A stretch of 62,137 nucleotides of DNA, counting the filler, from Choristocarpus tenellus KU-1152 (lineage: Eukaryota > Protista > Phaeophyceae), in NCBI GenBank assembly GCA_964200185.2. It is 9 parts of 9 records of this genome, joined end to end, with 100 filler letters (N's around TTAATTAATTAA, not from the genome) between each part and the next. Parts side by side here need not be neighbours in the genome. Positions count along the whole stretch, not along the records: positions 35,510 to 41,082 come from CAXNAD020010380.1; positions 41,183 to 47,776 come from CAXNAD020007796.1; positions 47,877 to 51,051 come from CAXNAD020021768.1; 6 more parts are not named here. One strand, given 5' to 3'. The notes beneath the pieces were generated by a model. It was not told the DNA's origin. It saw only the letters and a list, made by a program, of their open reading frames with translations, and did no database searches. Both the position numbers and the translations under genes were made by a program. This document shows, piece by piece, positions 39,325 to 51,151 of the stretch (its first letter is position 1; each line of letters opens with the position of its first letter).

Positions 39325-40110
39325 TATCGAACAGTAAACGATTTCATATTTAAAACAGATAGAGAGTATTATATTATTATGCCCTCTGACATTTTGCAGA
39401 TGTGTCAGGGGAAAACCAATGAAAATAGAGAGTATCAGTTTTTTGTGACCTTTAGTTTCGGAGCATTTCAAACGTATTAGATCAACAAAGTATGTGGTTT
39501 GTATTTGTATTTGTTGATATTAAGAATAGAATATTATTTTTATTTCATAAAAATCATAATTCACGTATTTTGTGGTTCAAGGATTTCGGGTGGTCCGACG
39601 GATCGCCCGAAACTCAAAAACCGCTTTTTGTTGACATTTAAATACAAATGTCGAACAATATAAGATTTTGTACTTAAAACAATTAGATGGTATCAGTTTT
39701 TTTTTACCTCTTGGTTTCGGAACATTGGAAACGTACAAGATCAATAAAGTATGTGCTTTTTATTTTTTTAAATTGAAATTACGAATATAATCGAATTTTT
39801 AATTTCTAAAACCCTAATGCACGTATTTTCCGGATCATGGATCTCAGGGTGGTCCGACGGATCGCCCGAAGCTCAAACATCGTTCATATGCCCGGCTTCT
39901 AATTTAATTCTATCGTGCCCAAGACCGACTGTTGCCTGAGACCAGATTAGAATCTAGTTCTTATTTCATCATAGCAAGAATAAACGCGTTTTCCAGAACA
40001 TGGATTTCATTTTGGTCCGACGGGTCTCTTCAAACTCAAACATGGTACGCCCGGCTTCGAATCTCATCACTCCTAGACCTTCTCACTGCCCAAGACCGCC
40101 TGTTGCCTGA
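39325..40110 (+). repeat. Diverged ~260-bp tandem duplication with GC-rich boxes
   Basis: GGTGGTCCGACGGATCGCCCGAA(A/G)CTCAAA at about 39588 and 39848, degenerate near 40013; GCCCAAGACCG.CTGTTGCCTGA at about 39917 and 40088. Confidence 0.75.
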
Positions 40111-40117
40111 AAACACC

Positions 40118-40593
40118 ATGGCAGTTGCTCCCACAGCAAGGGGGTGGCTTTTGTCGCCTGCGCCGCCCCCTGTGTTGCCCCCTCATCAGCCTGCCAACAA
40201 TGATGCGTTGGAGCTTTCTACCAATGACGCTTCAGTGACCGGCGCCAAGCTTTGCCAGGAATGGGCTCAACCCATCCCGGTCAACGAACAGGGTGACTGC
40301 TGCAAGCGCCTAGCCTGTGTGAAGAAGTTCGCAGCAGATAGCGAGTCCTTCCTTGCCCGCACGTCGGCCAAAGAGCAGGACATCATCCGGGTGTGTGAGA
40401 ACCGCTGCGATTGCAAGCACTTCGTTGGTGACCATGTACCTGTCATTAAGTTGGGGCCTGGAGGTGGATCTATGCTCGTGGCCGGCATTCCTGTTTGTAA
40501 GCAGTTTTTCAAGGCATCTTTTGGAATATCCAATCATGTCATCGACGCTTGCAAAGGTATACCTAACGCAAGAGCATCCTCCAGCGTGGAGAG
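40118..40593 (+). mobile_element. First exon of a putative Sola-like DNA transposase
   Basis: GDCCKRLACVKKF...MLVAGIPVCKQFFKASFGIS resembles the N-terminal CC..C / VC..FF...GIS region of Sola-type transposases; ends at a phase-2 donor AG|GTGGGT. Confidence 0.5.
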
Positions 40594-40647
40594 GTGGGTT
40601 TGATGTATGTACACAGTGTTATTTGTACCCGGAATTGTTTCAACGTG

Positions 40648-40907
40648 GAGTAAAAGTATCTTAGAAGGTACAAGTTTTGCCCTGTTTGTCCATTCGAGGG
40701 TTGAATTTCCATGGGTTTATTTATAATATTTTCCTACTCCAAAACATTTTGGAGTAGGTGAAATGTACACGTTTATGAAAGTATGTGTCCACAACAAGGA
40801 TACTGACACTTCCTAACAAACACAATAGCCAAAATTACATCAAAATCGCAACATTGGATTTTGGTCCCCAAATGGACGTGGCCCTACCCTCTAGGATACT
40901 TTGGCTT
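40648..40907 (+). mobile_element. MITE family A copy, 3-bp TSD GTG
   Basis: gtg|gagtaaaagtatc...gatactttggctt|gtg; lies just downstream of the Sola-like exon donor. Confidence 0.88.
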
Positions 40908-41082
40908 GTGCGACAAACTTGTTGGGAACGGCAAAAAGATTCCTACCAAGATCTTCACAGTTCTACGGTCTGCTATCGAGGCGAGGGAAAGGGGGGGTTT
41001 TGTGGGAGAAGGACGGAAGACTAAATTCAAGGGACAAGGAGAGTAGAGGGGAGGGGAGAATGGGGACGAAAAGGAGGACAAC

Positions 41083-41182
41083 NNNNNNNNNNNNNNNNNN
41101 NNNNNNNNNNNNNNNNNNNNNNNNNNTTAATTAATTAANNNNNNNNNNNNNNNNNNNNNNNNNNNNNNNNNNNNNNNNNNNN
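41083..41182. other. Artificial contig spacer
   Basis: 44N-TTAATTAATTAA-44N. Confidence 0.98.
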
Positions 41183-41612
41183 CAATTGTATCTGACCGCG
41201 CGTTTTATACATACAGTGTGTGTCGGCGATCCCAAAAAGGAACCTGTCCCTCACATACGATGAAACAATTTATAGTGAGACCATCTCTTATCCAATCGTG
41301 TTCAAAAAGTATTTTCAATCGTATTGTTAGGAAGAAAATAAAGGGAAAGGAGATGGGCCCCAACGTTTCAAACTTGATTTCAATATTTGGTGGAAATCTT
41401 CTCAATCCCAACATCTTTATGTTTTTTATTTTCAAACCTGAATATACCCACCATCCATCCACCCACTCTCAAAGTAGACGTAGGGTTAGGGGACTTTCTC
41501 TATGGGTGAAGAGGTCGGATTCAAAGACTAAAACCTAAGGACGATAAGGAAAATTAGAACAAGGTCCAGGAGAGACGAAAAGCAATTCTCTGCAAAGGAA
41601 AGAAAAGAGGAG

Positions 41613-44600
41613 ATGTCCGAAGGAGAGGAGAACTCTGGGAGGGGGAGAGATTCGCACGATGTGAGTAGGGAGGCAAGTGCCTACAACCATTTTCTAAGAC
41701 AAAAGGGCGGGATTGGAAGAGTGGTGTGGGAGGTTTAGACATCACTTGGTAGCTTTGATTGTGCACAGTGTGTAGGAATAGAGTGTAAGATCCGTGCGTT
41801 TCTTGGCAATCCTTTTCTCTATGATTTTTTATTGCTCTCCTCTGGAATGGCGGATAGAGTAGAGCCATTCAGGTTTCCCCACATGTCATCTCATTAAGTA
41901 CTGCAAATAGTCAGAGGTGGCCGGCTAGCTTGGAAGAATGTTCGCCGATCAGTTGTAGTGAGTACATTGCTCGTGAGTTAGATAGAGTTGCATACCTGTC
42001 GTTGCTCTCATCATTGTGAAATACTGTAGTCTTTGTTGACCTTATTTTAGTGTCGAATCTTGGCCGTGAATATGATAACCCTTTCGTAAAATATCCTGGT
42101 GCAACTCCATGATAAAGATAAATCCATAATCGTTGACAAAACTGCTTTGGCGTGGCCTGGACCATTGGATAGTGTCCGAGTCTCTATGTCCTAACTTGAT
42201 CTCAACACTGTTGCTGTACTGACTGGATCTCCATCTAACTCCTCTTTGCCACTGGATACCAGGGCAACCAAGAGCAAGGCGTAGTAACCCTAATGGTATT
42301 GTACATTCTCTCTGTAATCTTTGGAGTCAATGTCAACCCATGTATGTTTAAATGCAATCATTCGCCAGTTTGATCTCATCCTTTCCCCCTACCTACATTG
42401 GTCCTAAATTGGTGCTTGAAAGCAGAAAGATGGGAATGGAGAGAACAGAAGGGATAGCCGTGACAGGGACAGGGACCGGGAGCGTAGGCGGCGTAGGTCC
42501 CGCTCCGACTCAAGGGAGAGGCAAGTTCCCCACCACTTTCCCCTTGCTTTCCAAATATTCCTGGTATAGAGTTGCTTCCTGATTTTTTACGTATGCGAGT
42601 GTGAACATTCCTCCATGGTAACTTACTTGCCGAAAGAGCATGGTCTCCTGCCACCAGTTGGGATTCTTGGGATGTGATTGATGGAATGGCCATGCCTGTT
42701 GCTTGTCTGGACTAACATTTTTCGAGATATTCATGTTCCATAGCCTTTCCAAAGACCGGCTTTCACAATCAATCTATAGTAAGCAACTGCAACTGCTAGA
42801 AAGTTTATTTTTTCAGCTCTTTAGCTACCACTCTCTAGAGTCAGTAGCAAAACTTGACCATCATGAGAATGTTTTTAGTCTATAGGAACAGCCTTCCGAA
42901 GACAATATTGAACTGAAGCAGTCAGTATAGCTGACAGACAGAATAAGGAGTTGCAAGAATGGTTGGTAGGAAATTAATGTGGGGTTTGAAAATTTCATCT
43001 AGGTTGGTGATTGAGGCCCAGTGTGATAATGGGCAGTCAAGGAGGTGCAACAATAGTGACTGCCCGAGGAGTTGTATGTCCTGGTTGATTGAGACTGAGG
43101 AAGGATGAGGTCTATTGCTGTTGCAGTAGAGTTTAGACATCAAATTTAGAAATCTCCCTTGACTTTAGGAGGGCCTCACTACGTTTAGGTTGACAGATTT
43201 CAGTGGATTCTCTTGTTTGTGTTCAATCCTCTCCCCCCTCTTACCTCACAAGACCTTTGCTCCTTGCGGGTATTCTGAGCTGATTTGTCTTCATTCTTTA
43301 TTTCTTGTTTGGTCTGACCAGAAGCAGTCGCAAGAGCCGGCGCAGGTCCAGGTCCAGTGACCGTCACCGCTCAAGGCGTTACCGCGAGGAGAGCAGGGAA
43401 AGGGGAAGGGGGAGTGGGAGTGGGCGTCGCAGTAGCCGCAGTCGGAGCCGGAGCCGCAGCCGAGGGTGAGAGATGGCCAAGGGGGATTAAAATAAGTTGA
43501 ATGTTTATGATGTTTCTGTCATGTATTTTTTTGTTTTGCTTGTTCTGTCCATGATGTTGCCCATTGGGAGCTAGGTTATACAATTTTTTTGTCACCCAAT
43601 AGTGGTGTACATCTTTGTAGTGATAATATTATGAACAGTGTTTGCTGGCAGGTGAGTGGAGGTGGAGGTGGCGCTCTTTCTTTTGTTAGGTTTTTTTAAG
43701 ATTTTATTGAGGTTGGAGCGTATTATTCAGACTTCTTTTATGAATCCTTTGTTGAAAAGAGCTTGGGGTGCTTGGGCCTAGTAGGAAATGTGGGCAAAAC
43801 TGTTGCATGTGGTTTTGTGTATTTAATTTAATGTATGTACTTACTGCAGGTGTCCGTGTTCTTTTGCTCTCACCTCACACATGTTTGGAGATATTTCATC
43901 CTGTGTTCAAATGTTACCATATTTTTAATGTCCTGTTGTGGACATCTGTCCCTGCCTCTCTGGGATTGTCATTGGTAATTAGCATTGGCAGTTGTTGATA
44001 TTGAACTCAAGTTTTGGAAATTATATTTACACTTTTTCTTTGAATCAAGATTGTGTCAATTTTCAAAGTGGGGTATGCAAATGTTGAGAAGGTTCTAAAT
44101 TTTATTTTTGATGGTTTTGCATCTCTATGATGCTTTGGATTGCTAGGATTAGGTCTACAAGGCTAGCATAACATACTGCTTTTTTTCAGGTCATACAGTA
44201 GTGACAGTTTTTCCGTTTCTTCAAAGTATGTAAGTGCTTCAGATGGTGAGAAAAGATGCACACAATGACAAGATATACCTTTTGTGTTGCATGCAGTATG
44301 GCAACTAATCCTTCTTTAAACGTCCATATTTTTCCCCTCCCGATAGTGTTGATGAAAGCACATATTTTTATTTTCCTTGTGTAGAAGCAGCTATCCATAT
44401 AGATCGGTGCTTGTGTTTGCTGCACACTCTAATTTTCTATGTATTTACTGTTACAGGCATGATCGGAGCCGAAAAAGTCACAGCCCAGAAGCCACTACGC
44501 TCTCTTCATCCTCCAATACATCAAAGCGGAATGAGTATTCTATGGGTGAGGGCTTCCCAATCTTTGCAGTGTTTGTGTGTTTATGTTGTGGCAAGTATCG

Positions 44601-46349
44601 GTGACTTCAGGAGTTGCTTGAATTGTTTTTTTTTATACTTGACTTGATACGCATGCTTGAGGGGGAGCACAGGGATGGAGATGGGGTAATGTTGGTGTTG
44701 AGGTGTATTCTGTGGTGGGTGGAATGTATCCATGAGGGGTAGACAGGACCTATCTAGGAATGATGCTTTCGGAGGGTGTGTGTAGTGAGGGCTATTGGTG
44801 GTATGGATTGGAGGTACTTTCAGCATATTTCTTGTATATCATACGTTCTATACTGGACCATTTGCTTCTAAGGAGGTTTAGATGGTTCTGTTCTTTTTTG
44901 AGATAGCTTATGCGTATGGAAATTGGATGTGAGGAGGGAGGCCTTGTTGATCTGAAAATTGAGCCTTACTGAAATAATGCTGCATGGTAGGATTAAAGAA
45001 CTAATCGATGGGAATGTACACATCCGTAGATCCAATGCAGACATTCTTACACGTGAATATGTCTGTACACTGTTTTGCCTACCCTCAATTGGAGCCATAC
45101 AATGAAAGATTAGTTTTAGAAGTTGACTTGCCTTGTAAGTTGTATGTTTCTTGGAGTTTTTGCTTCAATTACTTTGTATTTTTCCCATGTGTAAGAGTTG
45201 TATTGTGTGTTGTGATGCTAAGGAAGTACAATTCAGTCCTAATATCCCAAATGCCCATCAACCTCATACCACTTGAATATTTTTCCCTCATGCCCAGCAC
45301 CTGCATCCACAACTGGCCCCGGGGGCCCGAACACAATGGGAGGGATGGGGGGACCCCCAATGAACCCAACAGCCATCGCTATGGCAGCAGCCAGGAGCCT
45401 GGGTGTGCCCCTGTCAATGCCGGTTCATCCTCAGGCAGGTGGGGGCATGCCTGGGGCGATGGGCATTGGCCCTGGAACCAACCCTCAGATGATGGCCCAA
45501 CTCATGCGCTCTCAGCAGGGTGGAGCAGGATGTGAGTTGGTTTGTTTAATCCGGTCTCATTCTAGAGACTAAAGAGCAGGATATATGGTAGGACGGGGTG
45601 TTGAAAGGGGTTGAGTGTTTTTTGTTTGGAAGTGAGGGAAGTGCTGAATTTGTGTTAACTAAGGTAAATGAAGCTTGTTAAATTTTGAGATAGGGTTTAG
45701 GGTTGGGGTTAGGTTTAGGGCACTGTTCCACACTGGTAGACAGTTCTGTTTTCTTGTTTGTATAATTTTTTCTGCCATGATCAACTAAGTTGAGGTTTAT
45801 TTCTTGTTCTAACCTTGAGAGGGCAACAGTAAGCAAACACAGGAGGTAAAGGGGAGGAGTTGGGAGAGTGACCCTTGTGATTTCTTAGTGATCGTGTGAG
45901 GTGAAAATACACAGGATCTTGTGAGCATTTATTTTATATTTTTTTAGTTTTTGAAAAATCTACTATGTAGTGCTTAAATAAATTATGTTTTTTTACAATA
46001 ATGGACTACTGTTGCAAAGAGAAATGTTTAGTTTTATTATCTGGTGATTACCAAGAGGAAGTTCATGTCAAATAAAGCCACATGCAGCTGTGTTGGTTCA
46101 CAGGATGTGAGCAAGGTTGCTGTTGTCATCATCCTCATTCCCGATGTAATCATTACCAACTTACCCCATCATCACACATGCTTTTTTTTGTTAGTTGGCA
46201 TGCCGTCCATGGGAGGAGTGCCAGGGATGATGACTGGGATGGGGATGGGCATGGGAGACAAAACTGTCCGGGAGCTTTTTGTGGGAAATACGCCTCAGGG
46301 GACGTCAGACTTCGTGCTGCTGGAATTTCTCAATGCTGCCATGAAGCAG
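41613..46349 (+). CDS. U2AF large-subunit (U2AF65)-like RS-domain/RRM splicing factor (5' part)
   Basis: Exons 41613-41660, 42426-42520 (GC donor), 43322-43465 (RS dipeptides), 44457-44545, 45298-45531 (G/M/P-rich) and 46195-46349 ending DKTVRELFVGNTPQGTSDFVLLEFLNAAMKQ, which resembles the start of U2AF65 RRM1. Confidence 0.78.
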
Positions 46350-47776
46350 GTTTGGGATAAACTAGGAAGGCTTTTCTTTGAATGCTAAGCTAGCACATGT
46401 GGGGTGTGTGTAGAGAGGAAAGTACAGTCACAGTGAATGCATTGAGGCCCTGGAGTATGCGTCAATTTTCTGAGGCTTTTATGGGGAAGTCACATTTTGT
46501 TGGCAATGCTTGCTGAGATAAGAAATCTGTGTTGTGTTGTGTGCTTTTGATAACATTATGCAATAGGATATTTAATTTTTAGTGTTTGTTTTGTTGCTAT
46601 GTCGATGCCTCTGTTTGTGCACCTCCCATTACTCAACAAAGGTGGATGGGAGTGGTGGTTACGTTCATCCAATTGTGCAGCGTCTGTAGCGTTTTTTAAG
46701 TTCTGTATTGGAAAAAGTATGGACTGTTTTTTTGTTTTTTTGTGTATGTACCTTTTTGAAAATGGAGGATGCACTTGAGGTCTGAGGTGTGACTTCTTGG
46801 AGGTTGTGTTATTTATCAATAAGAAAAGTTGAAGAAGATGGAAAACTTCAAATGTACTTGGAAGGAAAAGCTAAGACGATGGTTTTTATAAAGTACAGTT
46901 GTGACAAAGTTTTCCACCTCTCTGTTGCTATTGCTCGTACAATTTATACATGTACGGTGTTATTTTTTGTTTAGTATACAATGCAGCACTATTATTAGCA
47001 GTTACGGCAGTTATGAAACCACCACTGTTGTTGTGCAAGTAGGTGCCGACCTGCAAGTTGTACAAGTTCCAAAAAAGGGCAGATCTGTCCCCGTTTTATT
47101 ATTGAGAGTTGTATTACCAGTTTAAATAGAAATAGCTGTTGTAGCAAACAGAGTGTACACCTTTTGCTGGACAAGATCCACTGGAGATGTATGTTTACAG
47201 ATGTACGTGGATGTTTTTACTTTTTTATACTCTCTCGGTTCGTGTCGCTGTGTCGAAAGTCATCATTTGAGACGGAAGCAGGACAATCCTAGATAGGTGT
47301 TGATGCCTTCTTTTTTTTTTAGAAAGACAAAATAAGCCACAGCAGGCCGCAACTGATCATGGTGCTCGTCTTTGCTGCTTGTTTGCTCTTGCCTTGCTGC
47401 TTCCTTTTTGTCTTTCTTGCTGCTTGTTTGCTGCTTTGTTTTTGCGTGCGTGCGTGCATATGTGTGCCGTTGTTGCTGCTTCCCACACCATCCTCTCTCC
47501 CTCTCGCTCTCTCGCTCTCTCTCCCTCTCTTTGTAATGCTGGGATCCACATGAACAAAACAAAACGTTATTTGTTGGTTTGTGTTGACTCTTAACATTCA
47601 TTTTGCCGATGTTCTGTGCACGCACGCACGTACTGTTGTGTACCTTTCCGTCTCTTCACTACTGTTGTGTAATTTCCATTTTGTTTTTCCTTCTCTTTGC
47701 GTTTTATTTTCTGTGGGCTCTTGGGGGTGGGGTGGGGGGGGGGGGGGTTTGTCTTTTGGTGTTTTGGGCGTGCCTT

Positions 47777-47876
47777 NNNNNNNNNNNNNNNNNNNNNNNN
47801 NNNNNNNNNNNNNNNNNNNNTTAATTAATTAANNNNNNNNNNNNNNNNNNNNNNNNNNNNNNNNNNNNNNNNNNNN
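47777..47876. other. Artificial contig spacer
   Basis: 44N-TTAATTAATTAA-44N. Confidence 0.98.
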
Positions 47877-47900
47877 CTCCCCCCCCAGATACTTTGACCC
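47877..47900. mobile_element. MITE family B terminus
   Basis: ccccccagatactttgaccc at contig start. Confidence 0.7.
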
Positions 47901-47949
47901 ATGTTGTGATGCTGCAGCACAAGGTAGGGCAAAAGAAAACACTTCTATG

Positions 47950-48262
47950 TTAGTTTGAAATTGGAATGTTTTGAAAACAGTTCCCCAACAGTTTGAAAAA
48001 ATAGATTTTTTGAAAACAGTTTTCCAATAGTTTGAAATTGGATTGTTTTGAAAACAGCTCTCCAATAGTTTAAAATTGAATTGTTTTGAAAACAGCTCTC
48101 TGTGAAAGTGTCAAAGGTAAAGTAAGCAAAGTGTGTGTCGGAGATCCCAAAAAGGAACCTGTCCCTGACATCTCCAATAGATTAAAATTGAATTGTTTTG
48201 AAAACAGCTCTCCAATAGTTTGAAATTGGAATGTTTTGGAAACAGCTCTCCAATAGTTTGAA
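47950..48262 (+). repeat. ~38-bp AT-rich tandem repeat
   Basis: Units GTTTGAAATTGGAATGTTTTGAAAACAGCTCTCCAATA. Confidence 0.9.
48101..48170 (+). mobile_element. 70-bp TG...CA insertion with 4-bp TSD (solo/mini-LTR-like)
   Basis: tctc|tgtgaaag...gtccctgaca|tctc inside a tandem unit; the 3' part recurs at 41216-41254. Confidence 0.65.
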
Positions 48263-48992
48263 AGTGATTTTTTTTCATTAAGAACTTCCTGCCAAGCGGT
48301 CTGGTAAAGCACCTGCAGGAAACGTTAGGGAAGCCCATGCAAGCGCACCATGGTGTGGCAATGTAATGATCCCCGACATTTAATGACAGCCTGCAACACG
48401 CGATTTTTTGCAGTGATGATTTTTATTGATGCACTGCCAATGTTTGTGGGTGGGACGAAGTGACCGTCTCACTGAGAAAACAAGCTGGAGACTAATTTGA
48501 TGCTAAGGAAGTGGCACTAGAGCTCCATGTTGTTCTTGAGGAAGTTTTCTGTAGTGTGAATGAATGGTGCACAGATTAATCTTTACAGTCCTTTTACAAG
48601 GTGCTTGCGTTTGATGAGCCTGTGTCCATTTGGGCGGTCCTTTATTCTTTCATTTTGTGTTAAGTGTGTTTACTTCTTGCAACGGATAGTTTTGTTGACC
48701 TTTGGGGTCGTTAAAAAAAAATCCAAAGGTTAAGTGGGTATGACAGCACATACTCTGGAGTGGAAGGGAAATCGTGCAGAGTTCCCGAACGACAAGGAAT
48801 CAGCTCAAGGGACCAAGAACTGATGTCATGATGTGAAAATTAAAGGTCATTTTTGTTCCTAATTCCTGACTCTCTCTTCTTGTCCTCTTGGAGGGAACAT
48901 GGCATACTCAAACTTGTTTGAAATTTTCAAATAACCCCCTTTATTTTTCTTTCCCCATCTGCACCGTCCTTGCTGTATCTTGAACGATGCTT

Positions 48993-49266
48993 CAATGAAA
49001 GTATCTTAAAGGGTACGAATTTTGCCCTGTTCTTCCTTTTTTGGGGCTTGGCTTCTCACATTATTTTTAAATATCATTTTCCTATTCCGAAATGTTTCAA
49101 GTAGGTAAAAATGTATACGTTTTTTGGGTAGGTATCATTTAGATGTTCGGAACAAGGATATTGACACTTCCTAACAAACACAATAGCCAAAATTACATCA
49201 CAATCGCAACATTGGATTTTGACCTCCAATATGAACGCGGCTCTACTCTCAAATATACTTTGACTC
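48993..49266 (+). mobile_element. MITE family A copy
   Basis: Consensus body; flanks gctt/actt (imperfect 4-bp TSD). Confidence 0.85.
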
Positions 49267-50888
49267 ACTTGATGACATTGTCTCCGCTTCTTTTTAGATA
49301 ATAACTCCAGGGACTGATAGTGGGGTGCGCACACGCCCTCGGCATAAGACCGGGGAGAGCACACCAGTTGGTGTGAATGGCGGTCAGGTAAAAACCATAG
49401 TCAAGAGGGGCAGCATATTTCGGCTGGCTGCTGGCAAAATGTGTATCGTGCTCCATGGTCAGGCCCTGCAGGGTCGGTGCTCTAGGGGACCTCCGCGAGC
49501 TGTCCGGGTGGGGGAAGCTGATCCGATGAACTCGGCCGGTGGAGGGGGCCCAGTTCGTAGTGCGGGACTGTGATGAAAATAGTCGCGGGTGCAATAGAAG
49601 CCGTTGAGATTTTGATACAACGGATGAGAGGATGGTGAGGTAGGGGTACGTTTTTGGACCGGTTTGGCAGTATATCTTGATAGGGACTATCTGTACTTGT
49701 GTACATGACTTTTCAGGACTCGGATGGTGTTTTTGTCCTTTCCCACTCCTATGCTTGTTCGCCATTCAATTGTGGAGTTGTCAGGTACCGGTGACAATAA
49801 GGATCGGTCCTGATGAGGTGCTGGCCTGCCTAGTGCTCCAAAGTGCTGAATATGTTCCTGAACCACGTATGAGACTGCATTTTTGATTACTTTTTAGCGG
49901 TCTTGGCCTGATTGACTTTGACGTAGTGTGGGATTTCGTGATATTAGCCTGAGGTATCACATTGTGCTAGCAACAGAATTGTTGTCTTCCTTTAGCTGAG
50001 TGGAGTGCTTACTAAAATTTAAAGATTTTCAGGCCCCCTTCTAGATACACAATCCAAACATATTTTACTAAGCTTGACGCAAAACACTCGTAGGTCAGAC
50101 AAATGATCAAATACTTGATCAATCTAGCCTGTAAAATGTTGTGAAGCAATACAGAGATACTTCCGATGTATTGTGTACTGTGTATTGTTTATCGTTTTCC
50201 CCACTCGCACTCTACAGATGTCATGGAGGGAACAAGACACAAAGTTGAAGAACACAACAAGTACAACATTAGATAGGTGACAGAACGTATGTTTATTCTG
50301 CTCCTACATTGGATGGAGTGCTGTGTGCTATTTATTTGCCCATATTCTTCACGTGTGAGCATAATAAAGGACTTCCCAAAAACTTGTTCTTCCATCATGG
50401 ATAAAACCGCGAGCAAGCACTGTACAACTACTACTGTCTGTGCTGGTACCAACAACAACGTTTGTCACTTGAATATCACACCTGCTTAGGATTACTCACA
50501 TTTACTCCCTGTTGCCATGTTAGGAGAACCTTGATAGTAGTGAAAGTGGTGAATCATTCTAGTTGGCTAGTTGTGTTCTTCACCTTGTTTGGAGCAGGCG
50601 CTGCGACATATAATAGATACCGCCAATGAAATTGCAGGGACTGATCGATGTAGCCAATCATGCCATAGCAACCCATTAGTGGCATTCGACAGTACAGGCA
50701 GGACATTATAGATAGGTATGTATCTAGTCCATCACAAATACCCTGTCGTTACTCTGTTCATTGTACCCTTTTTGGTACATACTACAGAATATAGTGGGTG
50801 GATGTGTTTGTATATAGGGTGTGGATGGCACTGTACCACCCCTGCTGTGTGGTCTTGGATCAATCGAAGATGTACCAGGCTTGGCGTA

Positions 50889-51051
50889 GGGTCAAAGTAT
50901 CTAGGGGTGAGTGCCAGCGTCCGTTTTTGACCATTTTTTTCATATTGCGATTTTTGGGTGATTTGGTTCCATACATTGGATGGACAATGAAAGTGCACTT
51001 TTCCTGGTTTTGATCCAAATGGACACTCTGGTGTAGACCGCCCCCCCCCCC
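50889..51051 (+). mobile_element. MITE family B copy, cut by gap
   Basis: gggtcaaagtatctagggg...ggtgtagaccg(C)n. Confidence 0.85.
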
Positions 51052-51151
51052 NNNNNNNNNNNNNNNNNNNNNNNNNNNNNNNNNNNNNNNNNNNNTTAAT
51101 TAATTAANNNNNNNNNNNNNNNNNNNNNNNNNNNNNNNNNNNNNNNNNNNN
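51052..51151. other. Artificial contig spacer
   Basis: 44N-TTAATTAATTAA-44N. Confidence 0.98.

Noticed and set aside
45691-45720. Telomere-like TTAGGG/TTTAGGG motifs (also near 27425)
   Set aside because: Only two to four degenerate units inside introns; no evidence of a chromosome end or fusion
49267-49600. GC-rich possible exon next to a MITE
   Set aside because: No recognisable domain or partner exon; the apparent GTGAGT donor is partly supplied by the MITE end
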